DNA from: Bacillota bacterium
GTDB taxonomy: Bacteria > Bacillota > Ch66 > Ch109
Direction of reading: 5' to 3'
DNA: 64,000 nt
Assembly: GCA_050952625.1 (NCBI GenBank)
Contig: JBMNLH010000001.1
Coordinates: 224,001 to 288,000 of the forward strand
Part shown: one piece after another, positions 36,562-46,081 of the stretch
Layout: every line of letters starts with the position of its first letter
Numbering within the stretch: the stretch's first letter is position 1
The notes under the pieces: model-generated
What the model was told of the DNA's origin: nothing
The model's database searches: none
Seen by the model: the letters and a program-made list of their open reading frames with translations, nothing else
Program-made: the position numbers and the translations under genes

Positions 36562-36889
36562 GGCCTCTCCCGCCTACGCTTAATAAAAGGCGAAAGCTTC
36601 TTGCCTGATCGACCATAGTCGCATGAGTCCTGCGCAATCTCGGCCGGCGTGAGTTCGGACACTCTTTGTCGTGGGGCTTTAATTATTTCTTGCCGAGATT
36701 ATTTGTCTGAGTTTAAAGGTTCGTTACTTTGATGAAGAGAGAGAGACAGGCCTAAGATTATAAAGTAGATCTCTGACGCTATCAGTCTAATGATTTATGA
36801 GTATACTTTAACGGAAAATAATGTTAATATATTTAAAGGTAAGTTTAAATATAAGACTACTCTAAGAAATGGGAAAGGGGACCGGTTCA

Positions 36890-37312
36890 ATGTCAGAAGA
36901 CCGTTTAACTCATATCGAATTAATGCTGACTGAATTAATTCGAATAACGGGCAATACAAACAGTATTGTTGAGGAGTTGCGTCTTCGAGTTGATAATATT
37001 GAAACTGCTTTTCTTGAACTGAATTCAGATGTAAGCACCTTGAAATCTGATGTGGCAACCCTTAAGTCAGATGTAGCAATCTTGAAATCTGATGTGACTG
37101 CCCTTAAATCGGATGTGGCAACGTTGAAATCAGACGTAGCTGTCTTAAAATCAGATGTGGCCACCCTAAAGTCTGACGTAGCGGAGCTTAAGGCTGGCCA
37201 AAAACGAATTGAAGCAGATATAGAAACTATCAAAGAAAATCATCTATCTCTTTTTGAAATGTTTGGAGAACACGATGTTGCGATTAGAAACCTGCGTCGT
37301 CGGATAGTATAA
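36890..37312 (+). CDS. Heptad-repeat coiled-coil protein (LKSDVAx repeats)
   Basis: About 8 tandem 21-nt/7-aa units at 37020-37195; RBS favours ATG 36890. Confidence 0.8.
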   Translation: MSEDRLTHIELMLTELIRITGNTNSIVEELRLRVDNIETAFLELNSDVSTLKSDVATLKSDVAILKSDVTALKSDVATLKSDVAVLKSDVATLKSDVAELKAGQKRIEADIETIKENHLSLFEMFGEHDVAIRNLRRRIV

Positions 37313-37589
37313 GAACATTATAAGATAAATTGAGTGAATGTCTTACTAAATCGCTAGGTTTATCCATATTTTTTAATTTAGCAGGTCATTCCTTGCGGCA
37401 GTTTTTCTTATGGATTCAGCTTAACAGCGGTCATAACCCTGAAGAAACCAGGCTATTCTGTTGAAATAATGAAAAAGGATTCCTGTTGAAAAGGGAATCT
37501 TTTTTATTTGTGACGGAAATAAAATTAGAGATTAGAGTGATTCGATAAATGGGATTTAACCCAAACACCATTTTTCAAACAAATTAGAT

Positions 37590-37617
37590 TAAAGAAGCAA
37601 GCAAACGCTTTCGATGA
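37590..37617 (+). promoter_or_regulatory. sigma28 promoter
   Basis: TAAA-N16-TTCGATGA upstream of GTG 37668. Confidence 0.55.
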
Positions 37618-37667
37618 TTTTATTGAGAATTAAAAAGTTTAGAGATAAGGGTCTGAGAGGTGGAACG

Positions 37668-40022
37668 GTGAACAAGATTAACCTTAATAATCAGTATAAT
37701 CAGTCTGTCAATAATAAACATACCCTGGATGGTCAACCAGCGGAAATAAAAAATGGAGAAACCTATTTATGCACCGTGAAAGAAAAAAAACCAGGCAACG
37801 AGGCGATCATAAAAATCAAAGGGAAAGAATTGACAGCGAAGTTTGAGAGTGCGATCCCGCGGAATGACCGTTTTATGGTCGAGGTTGTCGGGGTTGAGGG
37901 GGATAAATTAAGGGTTAAAGCTATTTCACCCAATCAGGCGAGGTCCCAAGCAAACATCGACACCTCAAAAACGGCGCGGGATTTTGGTGGTGGCTCTCTT
38001 TTTTCTTCCGCTGCCTTAAAGGAAGCAACTGCGATCCTGGCCAAATACAACGTTTCACCTAATCCAACAGAGATAAATTGTGTCAAATCATTTCTGAGGC
38101 AGGGAACGGGCAGCCTTGAAGATAAACTAGATACCATTAGGGCTTTAGCCAGTAAAGGTTTGGAAATAAGCCCCCAAAACTTGCGGGCCGTTCATGAGGC
38201 TTTACATGGCCAGCCATTTAGTGATGTGCTGCAAGACCTGGCTAAGGACCTGTCGATTGAGTTAAAAGATATACTTAGCCAAACTACCCCGGGATCCAGC
38301 CCATCGTCCTTTCAGCCAGGGGCGGCTGACCTGCGCCTTATTCAGCAGGTAGAGAAAGCGATCCGGCAATTGATAGAGCAGCTCACCAGCAATCCCCAGG
38401 TTGGTGAGCAGACAGAACAAGCAATCAAGCAACTAGTTGAACAGGTAATTAATAATTCACAGGCCAGTGAGCAAATTGAAAAGGCGATTAGGCTGCTAGT
38501 GGAACAGTTAACCACCTCGCGTCCCGGTGAGCTAGAAAACGCCATCAAACAGTTGGTTGAACAGATGGGCCACCTTCAAACCAGTCAACAAGCCGAACAA
38601 GTTTCTAATCAGCGGGTTGGAGAGGCGGTTAATGCGCCACAATCCGGCGAGTCGCCAGAAAAAGCAACCAGACCACATATTGAACAAGTAACTAGTTCTT
38701 CTGCACAATCAACAGATAAGGATTACGCTCATAACCTTAAGCACTCCCATAAGCCCAGCTCAGAGTCTAGTTTCCTCACTAATATTAACCCGGAAAGCGG
38801 AATTAATACTGACCAGACTGACTTAAACGAATTATGGCAAGCCAGCCCAATTGGCAAAGATTATTTGATTACCGAAATTACTAAAAAGCTGAGTCAAGTG
38901 GCCAAATCCTTTACCGACTTGCGCCGGGAAGTGGTTAGAAATTTAGAGAACATAAACCGAATCATTCATGCATCGCGAACTAATGCTTACCCCCAGGTAA
39001 AACCTTTGCTGGAATCGACGATTGATCTTTTGGATCGGGCTATCCTGAAAAGCGACCTTACCCTTTATACTGATCTGCAGACTGAAAAGCACCTAATGGT
39101 GGCCAGCAGCCGATTAGCCGAAGCGAGAAAATTATTAGCCCAGGGTTCCGCCAGTCAGGCCGCCGCGATCGTGGAGGAAGTAAAACAGAAGCTAGAGGTC
39201 TTGAACTGGCGGCCGGTCATTAACCGGGCTATCCATACCCTGCCGAAAGACGGCTTTAATCTGCATCAGTTGAACTCGTATTCTGAAGATATTTGGCAAC
39301 TAAGACAGGCTGCCGCTAAAATCCTGGCCCCTGATCACGGGGCACGTAATCTTTTTGAAACGCTCCGGGCTCTGGGCTTGAATCATGATTCAGAAGTCGG
39401 TCAGGCTTTAACCGCCGGGCAATCAGGCCGGGATCAGCCAGAACTGCGAGAGAATTTGAAAGCGGTCCTGCTTAAACTATCGGGGAATCAGCTGGAATTC
39501 AATTTAAACCAGGCCGCGCATCAAAAAATGGCCCACATATTGGACAATTTGACCGGGCAGCAATTGCTCAGCAAATTTGAAAGCAGTACTGAACTGCAGA
39601 GCATGTTCTTTAACCTGGCGGTTAATGTGGGGGGAGATTTGGCGAGTGTAAAAGTATTTATTAATTCGCGTAAGGAAAGGCAAAAAATTGACTGGGCCAA
39701 TTGCAATATTTATTTCTTAATCAAAACGAAAGAATTGGGCGAAACCGGTATCCAGCTTACCGCGGTTGACAGCAACTTAACCCTTACCTTAAAAAATGAC
39801 CGGTCGGATTTTGTTAAGCACACCGAGAGATTGGTTGATAAGTATACCTCAAAGCTGCAAGAGGTTGGCTATAACGTTGTGGGGGTGAATTTTGCTCGGC
39901 TGAATGAGCCACCCCAAGAACCTCAGTTTTCTGCGAACACTGGTCCCAGCAGCAGTAATCCGGCCAACAACCTGAGTAGTAAGGGGGCCAATCTAATGAA
40001 AGGGTTTGATTTTAAAGCATGA
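37668..40022 (+). CDS. FliK-like (hook-length control-like) protein
   Basis: LTGQQLLSK, IYFLIKTKELGETGI..L.LTLKND..LQEVGY C-terminal T3S4-like domain; ATGA-coupled to FlhB-like gene; RBS GAGGTG. Confidence 0.7.
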   Translation: MNKINLNNQYNQSVNNKHTLDGQPAEIKNGETYLCTVKEKKPGNEAIIKIKGKELTAKFESAIPRNDRFMVEVVGVEGDKLRVKAISPNQARSQANIDTSKTARDFGGGSLFSSAALKEATAILAKYNVSPNPTEINCVKSFLRQGTGSLEDKLDTIRALASKGLEISPQNLRAVHEALHGQPFSDVLQDLAKDLSIELKDILSQTTPGSSPSSFQPGAADLRLIQQVEKAIRQLIEQLTSNPQVGEQTEQAIKQLVEQVINNSQASEQIEKAIRLLVEQLTTSRPGELENAIKQLVEQMGHLQTSQQAEQVSNQRVGEAVNAPQSGESPEKATRPHIEQVTSSSAQSTDKDYAHNLKHSHKPSSESSFLTNINPESGINTDQTDLNELWQASPIGKDYLITEITKKLSQVAKSFTDLRREVVRNLENINRIIHASRTNAYPQVKPLLESTIDLLDRAILKSDLTLYTDLQTEKHLMVASSRLAEARKLLAQGSASQAAAIVEEVKQKLEVLNWRPVINRAIHTLPKDGFNLHQLNSYSEDIWQLRQAAAKILAPDHGARNLFETLRALGLNHDSEVGQALTAGQSGRDQPELRENLKAVLLKLSGNQLEFNLNQAAHQKMAHILDNLTGQQLLSKFESSTELQSMFFNLAVNVGGDLASVKVFINSRKERQKIDWANCNIYFLIKTKELGETGIQLTAVDSNLTLTLKNDRSDFVKHTERLVDKYTSKLQEVGYNVVGVNFARLNEPPQEPQFSANTGPSSSNPANNLSSKGANLMKGFDFKA

Positions 40023-40321
40023 TCTACAAATGGTTCGGAAATCCCCGCCAAAAGCCAGGCAATCAGACAAGAGCCGTGGCGATCCATTTCGAAGAAGGTA
40101 AAAATCAAGCCCCGCAAGTAATTGCCCAGGGTAAGGGGGCTATTGCCAACAGAATCATTGAACTGGCGCAAAAAAATGGCATCCCCCTGCAGGAAGATCC
40201 CTTGCTGGTCGAAAACCTGCTGGATATGGATTTAGGGGATAATATCCCGCCCCAGCTCTATCTGGCGATTGCGGATATCCTGCTCATGATCTCCGAATTG
40301 GAAAACAGTGTGAGAGAATAG
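40019..40321 (+). CDS. Stand-alone FlhB/EscU cytoplasmic-domain protein
   Basis: AVAI...APQVIAQGKG.IA.RII.LA..NGIPLQEDPLL..IPPQLY.AIA. Confidence 0.9.
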   Translation: MIYKWFGNPRQKPGNQTRAVAIHFEEGKNQAPQVIAQGKGAIANRIIELAQKNGIPLQEDPLLVENLLDMDLGDNIPPQLYLAIADILLMISELENSVRE

Positions 40322-40368
40322 GAGGAAGGGGCCGGTTGGGTGCCTGGATGGGCAACGGGAAATACCTT

Positions 40369-40396
40369 TAAAGAGAACCCGGTGAATTAACGATAA
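40369..40396 (+). promoter_or_regulatory. sigma28 promoter of fliS
   Basis: TAAA-N16-AACGATAA. Confidence 0.6.
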
Positions 40397-40438
40397 TAAT
40401 ACTAATAATCAGATGTTATTTCTGTTGGAGGGGGATAA

Positions 40439-40858
40439 ATGGGTTTAACCGAGGAGGTATTATACACAAAATCTTCTCAGGAACTGACCAGTATTTTATA
40501 CCAGGGCTGCCTGAAAAAACTGGAATTAGCCATTAAAGCAATTGAAGATAAGGATTACCTCAGAGCAAATTATATCCTGCAACGGGTAAATGACATCTTA
40601 TACCGTCTCGGAGCAGGCTTAAACTATGATGCGGGGGTTATTGCTTATCAATTGGAGGCTCTCTATAACTATATGGCGGATAAGGTTATAGAAGCAAATT
40701 TAAAGAAGAGCATTCTGCCGCTTAAAGAAGTGCTGGTTATTTTGAACATCATTGCTGATGCCTGGAAGGCTGCCTGCGAGAAGAACCCCACCGTTCCGGC
40801 TTCCCAGTTTCAAAAATTAAGGCAATCCTATGAATCGAGATTTTGTGCCTTACGATAA
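40439..40858 (+). CDS. fliS: Flagellin chaperone FliS
   Basis: ELTSILYQG, DILYRLGAGLNYDAG.IA.QLEALYNYM, AW; adjacent to flagellin. Confidence 0.88.
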   Translation: MGLTEEVLYTKSSQELTSILYQGCLKKLELAIKAIEDKDYLRANYILQRVNDILYRLGAGLNYDAGVIAYQLEALYNYMADKVIEANLKKSILPLKEVLVILNIIADAWKAACEKNPTVPASQFQKLRQSYESRFCALR

Positions 40859-40883
40859 ACCAGGTTTTGACTTAACCGAATAA
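40856..40883 (+). promoter_or_regulatory. sigma28 promoter of flagellin
   Basis: TAAA-N15-ACCGAATA. Confidence 0.6.
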
Positions 40884-40925
40884 GAATAATTACTAGACAA
40901 TAATTACTAGACAAGGAGGAACAGA

Positions 40926-42940
40926 ATGCGAATAAACCATAATATTGCTGCCTTGAACGCTTACCGGCAGTTATCGCAAAACCAACTCAATGTTTCTAAA
41001 CATTTGGAAAAGTTATCTTCTGGCTTAAGAATCAACCGGGCAGCTGATGACGCAGCAGGTCTGGCGATTTCGGAGAAAATGCGGTCCCAGATAAGAGGCT
41101 TAAGCCAGGCCAGTAGAAATGCGCTAGACGCGGTCTCGCTTATTCAGACCGCTGAAGCGGCCTTGTCTTCCGTACATAGCATGCTGCAAAGAATGCGCGA
41201 ATTAGCGGTCCAAGCAGCTAATGATACCAATACTGAAGACGATCGCAATGCTATTCAAGAAGAGGTTAATCAATTAACCTCGGAGATCAACCGCATTGGC
41301 AACACGACTGAATTTAACACCAGGAAGCTATTAATGGGCGGCGAGGGGGCCGTAACCCATAACGCAGAAATTGGGCAAACACAGCTAACGGGTGGGACTA
41401 ATAAAATAGAGTATGATATGGTAGTATCAGTATCAGATGTTAATATGGGCGATAGTGGTGTCCCAGCAAGTGCAAAAATAACTTTCAATGGCGTTCCGGA
41501 TGAAGGAGCCACCATAAAAATCGGTGATAAGGTGATCGGTTTCTGGGACAGCAGCAGTGGGGCTTTTGCCAATGAAGCAGCGGCGAGATCAAGATTGGGA
41601 GCAGATTTCGTAGTGGATATTAACGGACATAGCTAATGAAGCGGCAGTAGGAGATGCCATTGCCGGTCTTGATGTGGTGATTGATGATTGGGTTATTACA
41701 AATTCTGGGGCCGTTGTAACTGTTGAAGCAGCAGCTTCCGGAGCGCAAGATAAGCAGTTTGTCGGAGTAGGCTCGCTTGCCACTGGTAGTGATAGTGGTC
41801 TCAGTCTCAGTATTTCTATTGAAGGGGCCTATCATGATTATACGGTTGAGTTCGACGTTAGTGGCACTAATCCTGATAAGGTTGTAGTTGACCACGAAAA
41901 TGGCACAATAACTGTGCAGGTGGACTCATCCGGTTCTCCAACAGTAGCTAGCATTCAGCAGCTTATGGCCGATGAACTTGGAGTTAACGTTACCCTTGAG
42001 TATACGGGAGCCGTTTCCGATTTAGGTGGAAAATCTGTTAACTTAAGTGCCGACGTAACAACAGCCACCGACGCTACTGGCTCTATTTCCTTTACGGGCG
42101 TGCCAACAGATGGAGCGACTTTCACGATTGGGGAAAAAACAGTTCTCGCTTATAATAGTGCAAAGGAAAAGTATATCGGTAAAACTGAGGCAGAAATCAT
42201 CGCCACCTTAGCACCCGAGCTGGATGTAGCTAATGTCATATTATTTGATGTCAAGGATCTAGAAGCGGAAAAAGAATTAGACCCGGCAGCCGATCCGGCA
42301 GCGATAGCAAAGGAAGTGGCAGACGGCGTTTGCCAGCTTAGGCTCAGACATTACTGGTGTTACTCTGGCAGTAGATGATCCACCTGATCCAACCAAAGTT
42401 ATTATCACCGCGGCCACGCCGGGCTTTGCCGGCAACAACATTGCAACTGCAATTGGCGAGGACGTACCGGATGGGATCAACATGACAATGCAGATTGGCG
42501 CGAACGAGGGGCAAAATTTTGTGGTTAACCTACAGGATATGCGAGCGGCAGCTTTGGGAATTACTGGTACTGGAAAGGGATTTTCTGAGACTAATAACGT
42601 AACCGATGGAACAACGGAGATACTTATTGAGAAAGCCTTAAGCTTCTTAACTGCTGAAGATGCGGGAAATGCCATTACTGTTCTGGATAAGGCCATTAGC
42701 ATAGTATCTTACCAACGTTCTAAACTGGGTGCCTTTCAAAACCGGCTGGAACACACCATTGACAATCTTTCCACCACAACTGAAAACCTGACAGCAGCCG
42801 AATCCCGGGTGCGTGACGCAGATATGGCCTTGGAAATGACCGAATTTACCAAGAATAACATCCTCAATCAGGCTGCTACCGCTATGTTAGCCCAGGCTAA
42901 CCAGCTACCACAGGGCGTATTGCAGTTGCTTGGGGGCTAG
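40926..42940 (+). pseudogene. fliC: Flagellin (~670 aa when repaired) split by two +1 frameshifts; sequencing error or pseudogene
   Basis: [29 protein letters not shown] and LGAFQNRLEH..RDADMA..QANQLPQGVLQLL; removing one A at 41622-3 and one G at 42325-6 gives a single frame. Confidence 0.85.
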
Positions 42941-43104
42941 ACAGTAGTTGTTAGATTTGACGCTCATTAAAAATAGTTTAAATAATAGTATTAGCTGACA
43001 AACGTTAATGCTTAATGGGACGCAGTAATGTGAAATAATGATGAATATTTTTGAACGTGTGACTTTCTGATTGGGAAAACAAGATGAAATAATGGAGAAA
43101 ACTG

Positions 43105-43536
43105 ATGAGCGAAATCAGTCGTGTGGAGCGGGCTGGTCTGACTAGACCAGCCGCTAAATCCGAAGTCTCGGGGGAAAAGCTGTCCTTCACCGAAATCCTC
43201 GCCGAACGTCGGGGGACCTTAAACATCGAAAAACTGAAGAAAACCTTAAAAGACATTGAAAAACAGGGAAAAGTCCTGGCAAATACCTGTACCGCTGAAG
43301 ATCTAATGAAGTACAAGAAGATGATCAAGGATTTTTTTGATGAGGTGCTTAAACACAGCCTCAAGGTGGAACAAAGAACCGGTTTTCGTCGGATGAAGAT
43401 TTATAAAACCATTGAGATCGTCGACCAGAAACTGCTTGACCTATCCGATGCCATTCTTAAGGAGCAGGAGAAGGGCTTAAACATCCTGGCCCGAATCGGG
43501 CAGATCCAGGGGATGCTGGTGGATATCCTGGCTTAG
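43105..43536 (+). CDS. yaaR: YaaR (DUF327) family protein
   Basis: IEKQGKVL, YKKMIKDF, VDQKLLDL, IGQIQGMLVDI. Confidence 0.85.
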   Translation: MSEISRVERAGLTRPAAKSEVSGEKLSFTEILAERRGTLNIEKLKKTLKDIEKQGKVLANTCTAEDLMKYKKMIKDFFDEVLKHSLKVEQRTGFRRMKIYKTIEIVDQKLLDLSDAILKEQEKGLNILARIGQIQGMLVDILA

Positions 43537-44038
43537 TTTTTAGCGGGCTTTTTTCGGCTTTTCTCTATTTTTAGAAACAAGAATAAAAAGACAAAATAAG
43601 ATACGACAGCAATTAATGTGGCATTTATCGCACTTCCGAGCAGATAAGCACTGCCGACATTGGCGAAAAAGTCTAGCACTTGGTCAAAAAAAGAGAGGTC
43701 ATAAACAATATCGTACTGTTGCGCCGGGGCTGGGCCAGTGTTCAGGAAGATCGCCCCGGTCTTATAGTTCAGCACATACAAAAAGGGAGATACATAGGCT
43801 AGCAAGATAGCTGGGATAGACGTAGCCACAATGTTTAACCTGAAAAACTTCGCCAACACAATCCCCAAAGGTAGATTTAGACCAGGCAAGGGCAATAGAG
43901 CTAACCCAAATCCCAGGGAAACACTTTTCGCCAATTTATATGGTGATCCTTTAATGGATAATAGCTTTTAAATAAATCTTTTTTTAATAAATTTTTAATT
44001 TCGGTGCTAGTTCCAGATGTAGAGGCATACTCTTCCAA
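43533..44038 (-). pseudogene. DUF2062-like membrane protein with 1-nt deletion in a homopolymer
   Basis: LLSIKGSPYKLAKSVSLG..LLPLPG..YVLNYKTG pattern; adding one T to the T4 run at 43966-43969 joins upstream frame (..KKDLFK|KLLSIKGSP). Confidence 0.7.
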
Positions 44039-44068
44039 GATTATTATCACCACTTTATCTAAGTTCAA

Positions 44069-44136
44069 AAGACCCCTGCTTCTATAAGTGGGGGTTACCT
44101 TGTTTAAACGATGTTCAGCAAAGCTGGAGAGTTCAC
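44069..44136 (+). mobile_element. IS200/IS605-type end remnant
   Basis: aagacccctgcttctataagtgggggttacc...gagttcac; homologous to 6566-6646. Confidence 0.5.
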
Positions 44137-44350
44137 TAGTGTGATTAGTGAAGGATCACCTTTGGTCTTTTATAAGACATCAAATAAGATAACCCAGGAG
44201 GGTTATTGAAACCATCCGGGCATTTTTCTCAAACTAACATTCTCAACTAACATAATTAGACCAATACGACAACTGCTTAAGACAAAAGGATAGTTTTGTT
44301 AACAGGCAAGCTTATACCTTCACTAAAACTAGAAAATACCTAGAAAATAC

Positions 44351-44836
44351 CTAGAACTTTGCTATCTCTTGTTCAACCCATTGCTGAATATCCGGATCCT
44401 CCCAGGTAGAGCCGTCCAAATACTCTACTCGAGCCAGCCGAACTTTCATTTTGAAGGCATCCATAGTTACATTCCAGACACCGGAGCCGGAGGCCTGGGG
44501 TGCTAGTTGTTTCTTTGTTGTAATACGTTTAAGACTACTCTGGCTGTGCGAATCGATTGCCGGCTTACCTTCTTGATCAAATAACAGCAAAGCAAATTCT
44601 ATCTTTGTAATGAACTTGTCCGTCTTATTGGTGTAATTAATCGGGACATCGTGATATAATGGGGCTTTTTGTACTTGGGCACTATCGATTGTCACAGGTG
44701 CATTATCCAGGTTTTCAAATAGAGCTGATTGTTCTGCTTGACCCTGATTGTTTGATCCTTCTTGGCCCCCGGTGTTTCCACACCCAACTAAAAACAGAGC
44801 TGAGCCGAGTAGAATCACCATGCCTAATAAGGCCAT
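44351..44836 (-). CDS. Hypothetical lipoprotein
   Basis: Hydrophobic signal with lipobox LVGC; true start may be a few codons upstream. Confidence 0.75.
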   Translation of the reverse strand: MALLGMVILLGSALFLVGCGNTGGQEGSNNQGQAEQSALFENLDNAPVTIDSAQVQKAPLYHDVPINYTNKTDKFITKIEFALLLFDQEGKPAIDSHSQSSLKRITTKKQLAPQASGSGVWNVTMDAFKMKVRLARVEYLDGSTWEDPDIQQWVEQEIAKF

Positions 44837-45031
44837 CCATTTTGGTTTAATAATAATTCCACCTCCATTTAGTAAAGTTGCCTAAAATTGCAATTAACTT
44901 TTTTGTTGGTTTATATTTTATCACAATTCTACCAAAGAGTAACCAGGTTGTTATCAGAATTGACTGTAAATATGCTGCCTCGCCAGTAGTCTAATACGGG
45001 GGCATGTTTTAGATTAGCATTGGCTGCTCGG

Positions 45032-45259
45032 TTAGACCTCAACATTGTCGGATTGTTCGATTCCGAACGTTCCGAGCCTTTTAGTCCCGAAATGATCATG
45101 TGTCTGGATATCGGGATTATGCTCAGGCGAGGTAAGCGGTTCAGACTCTGGAGTGATCGGCGGAATTTCGGGGATAAATTCCCGGTATATTTCCGGCTGT
45201 TGCTCAAGCAAAGCCTCGTTCAGGGGGACGCTAGTATTACTGCTGTTAGTCTTTTTCAT
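45032..45259 (-). CDS. Small acidic Pro-rich hypothetical protein
   Basis: Strong RBS AAAGGAGG upstream of ATG. Confidence 0.55.
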   Translation of the reverse strand: MKKTNSSNTSVPLNEALLEQQPEIYREFIPEIPPITPESEPLTSPEHNPDIQTHDHFGTKRLGTFGIEQSDNVEV

Positions 45260-45321
45260 CTTTTAATTTGCCTCCTTTAAACCTTGTTCATTTTTTCTTA
45301 AGTTAAGAAAATAAGATATCA

Positions 45322-45501
45322 GTATTACGGTCGTCATTGGGTATGAATATAACCATTATTCGTTTATCGTGGTGCGGGCAACGCATGATAATTCTAAGTG
45401 AGGCGGAGGATCCTTCCCACGCTGAGAAGTAAGATCCTTCGCTAACGCTCCAGGATGACATCTGCCCGCTATTCTTTGTGCCTAACGGACATGGGTGTAA
45501 C
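45322..45501 (+). repeat. Full composite repeat: module B with module A nested in its left arm, then module C
   Basis: cgtcatt|gggtatgaatataacc...gcaacgcatgataa|ttctaagtgaggcggaggatc-cttcccacgctgagaagtaa-gatccttcgctaacgctccaggatgaca...gtgcctaacggacatggg. Confidence 0.85.
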
Positions 45502-45574
45502 TAGCCCTAGTTGTGTCTAGTTTTAGCAGCAAAGCATAAATTCATTAATTTATTGTCGATTTTTCTAATACCTC

Positions 45575-45604
45575 TTGACATAGGGTGAAAAGGTGTGGTA
45601 AATT
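45575..45604 (+). promoter_or_regulatory. sigmaA promoter of tRNA operon
   Basis: TTGACA-18-TAAATT with upstream TG. Confidence 0.6.
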
Positions 45605-45734
45605 AGGATTCGCGAAAGTTGGTTCATCTAGACTGGATCTGGCGCGGTAGGCCGACTGCCCGACGGTGTAGACTTGCAGATTATCAGAGATTAGCCAGGA
45701 AGATGTGGACGGTCTGGCAAGAACCATATTGTAT

Positions 45735-45817
45735 GCGGGAGTGGCGGAATTGGCAGACGCACCAGACTTAGGATCTGGCGGGAAACCGTGGGGGTTCAAG
45801 TCCCTTCTCCCGCACCA
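45735..45817 (+). tRNA. tRNA-Leu (TAG)
   Basis: GCGGGAG acceptor, ccaga-cttagga-tctgg anticodon arm, long variable arm, GGTTCAAGTCC, CCA end. Confidence 0.97.
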
Positions 45818-45833
45818 AACTTTAATTAATCGT

Positions 45834-45908
45834 GCGGAAATAGCTCAGTGGTAGAGCATCGCCTTGCCAAGGCGAGGGTCGCGGGTTCGAATCCCGTTTT
45901 CCGCTCCA
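45834..45908 (+). tRNA. tRNA-Gly (GCC)
   Basis: GCGGAAA acceptor, cgcc-ttgccaa-ggcg anticodon arm, GGTTCGAATCC, CCA end. Confidence 0.97.
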
Positions 45909-46081
45909 TTCGTTAATTCATAATTTTTTATTTGCCTCGGCCGTAATCCTATTGCCGAGGTATAATGTTTTACTTATGTTTCAGATTGGAAATGGCTAAA
46001 CTAATTGGTAATAGTTAACCGGCCCCCATGTTTTCAGGAATCATGGTCAGGGTTGAGTAGAGCAAGGAGGAGCAAGCATAA

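Noticed and set aside
37020-37195. 21-nt periodic array as CRISPR or non-coding repeat
   Set aside because: No spacers; it is an in-frame coding heptad repeat
40885-40912. 14-nt tandem duplication before the flagellin RBS (and 11-nt tandem at 44329-44350)
   Set aside because: Simple slippage-type duplications with no evidence of function
41674-42378. 234-aa ORF as an independent gene or insertion in flagellin
   Set aside because: It is the flagellin variable region in a shifted frame
45735-45960. tRNA genes as integration site of an island
   Set aside because: No integrase and no duplicated tRNA 3' end seen; downstream genes are core
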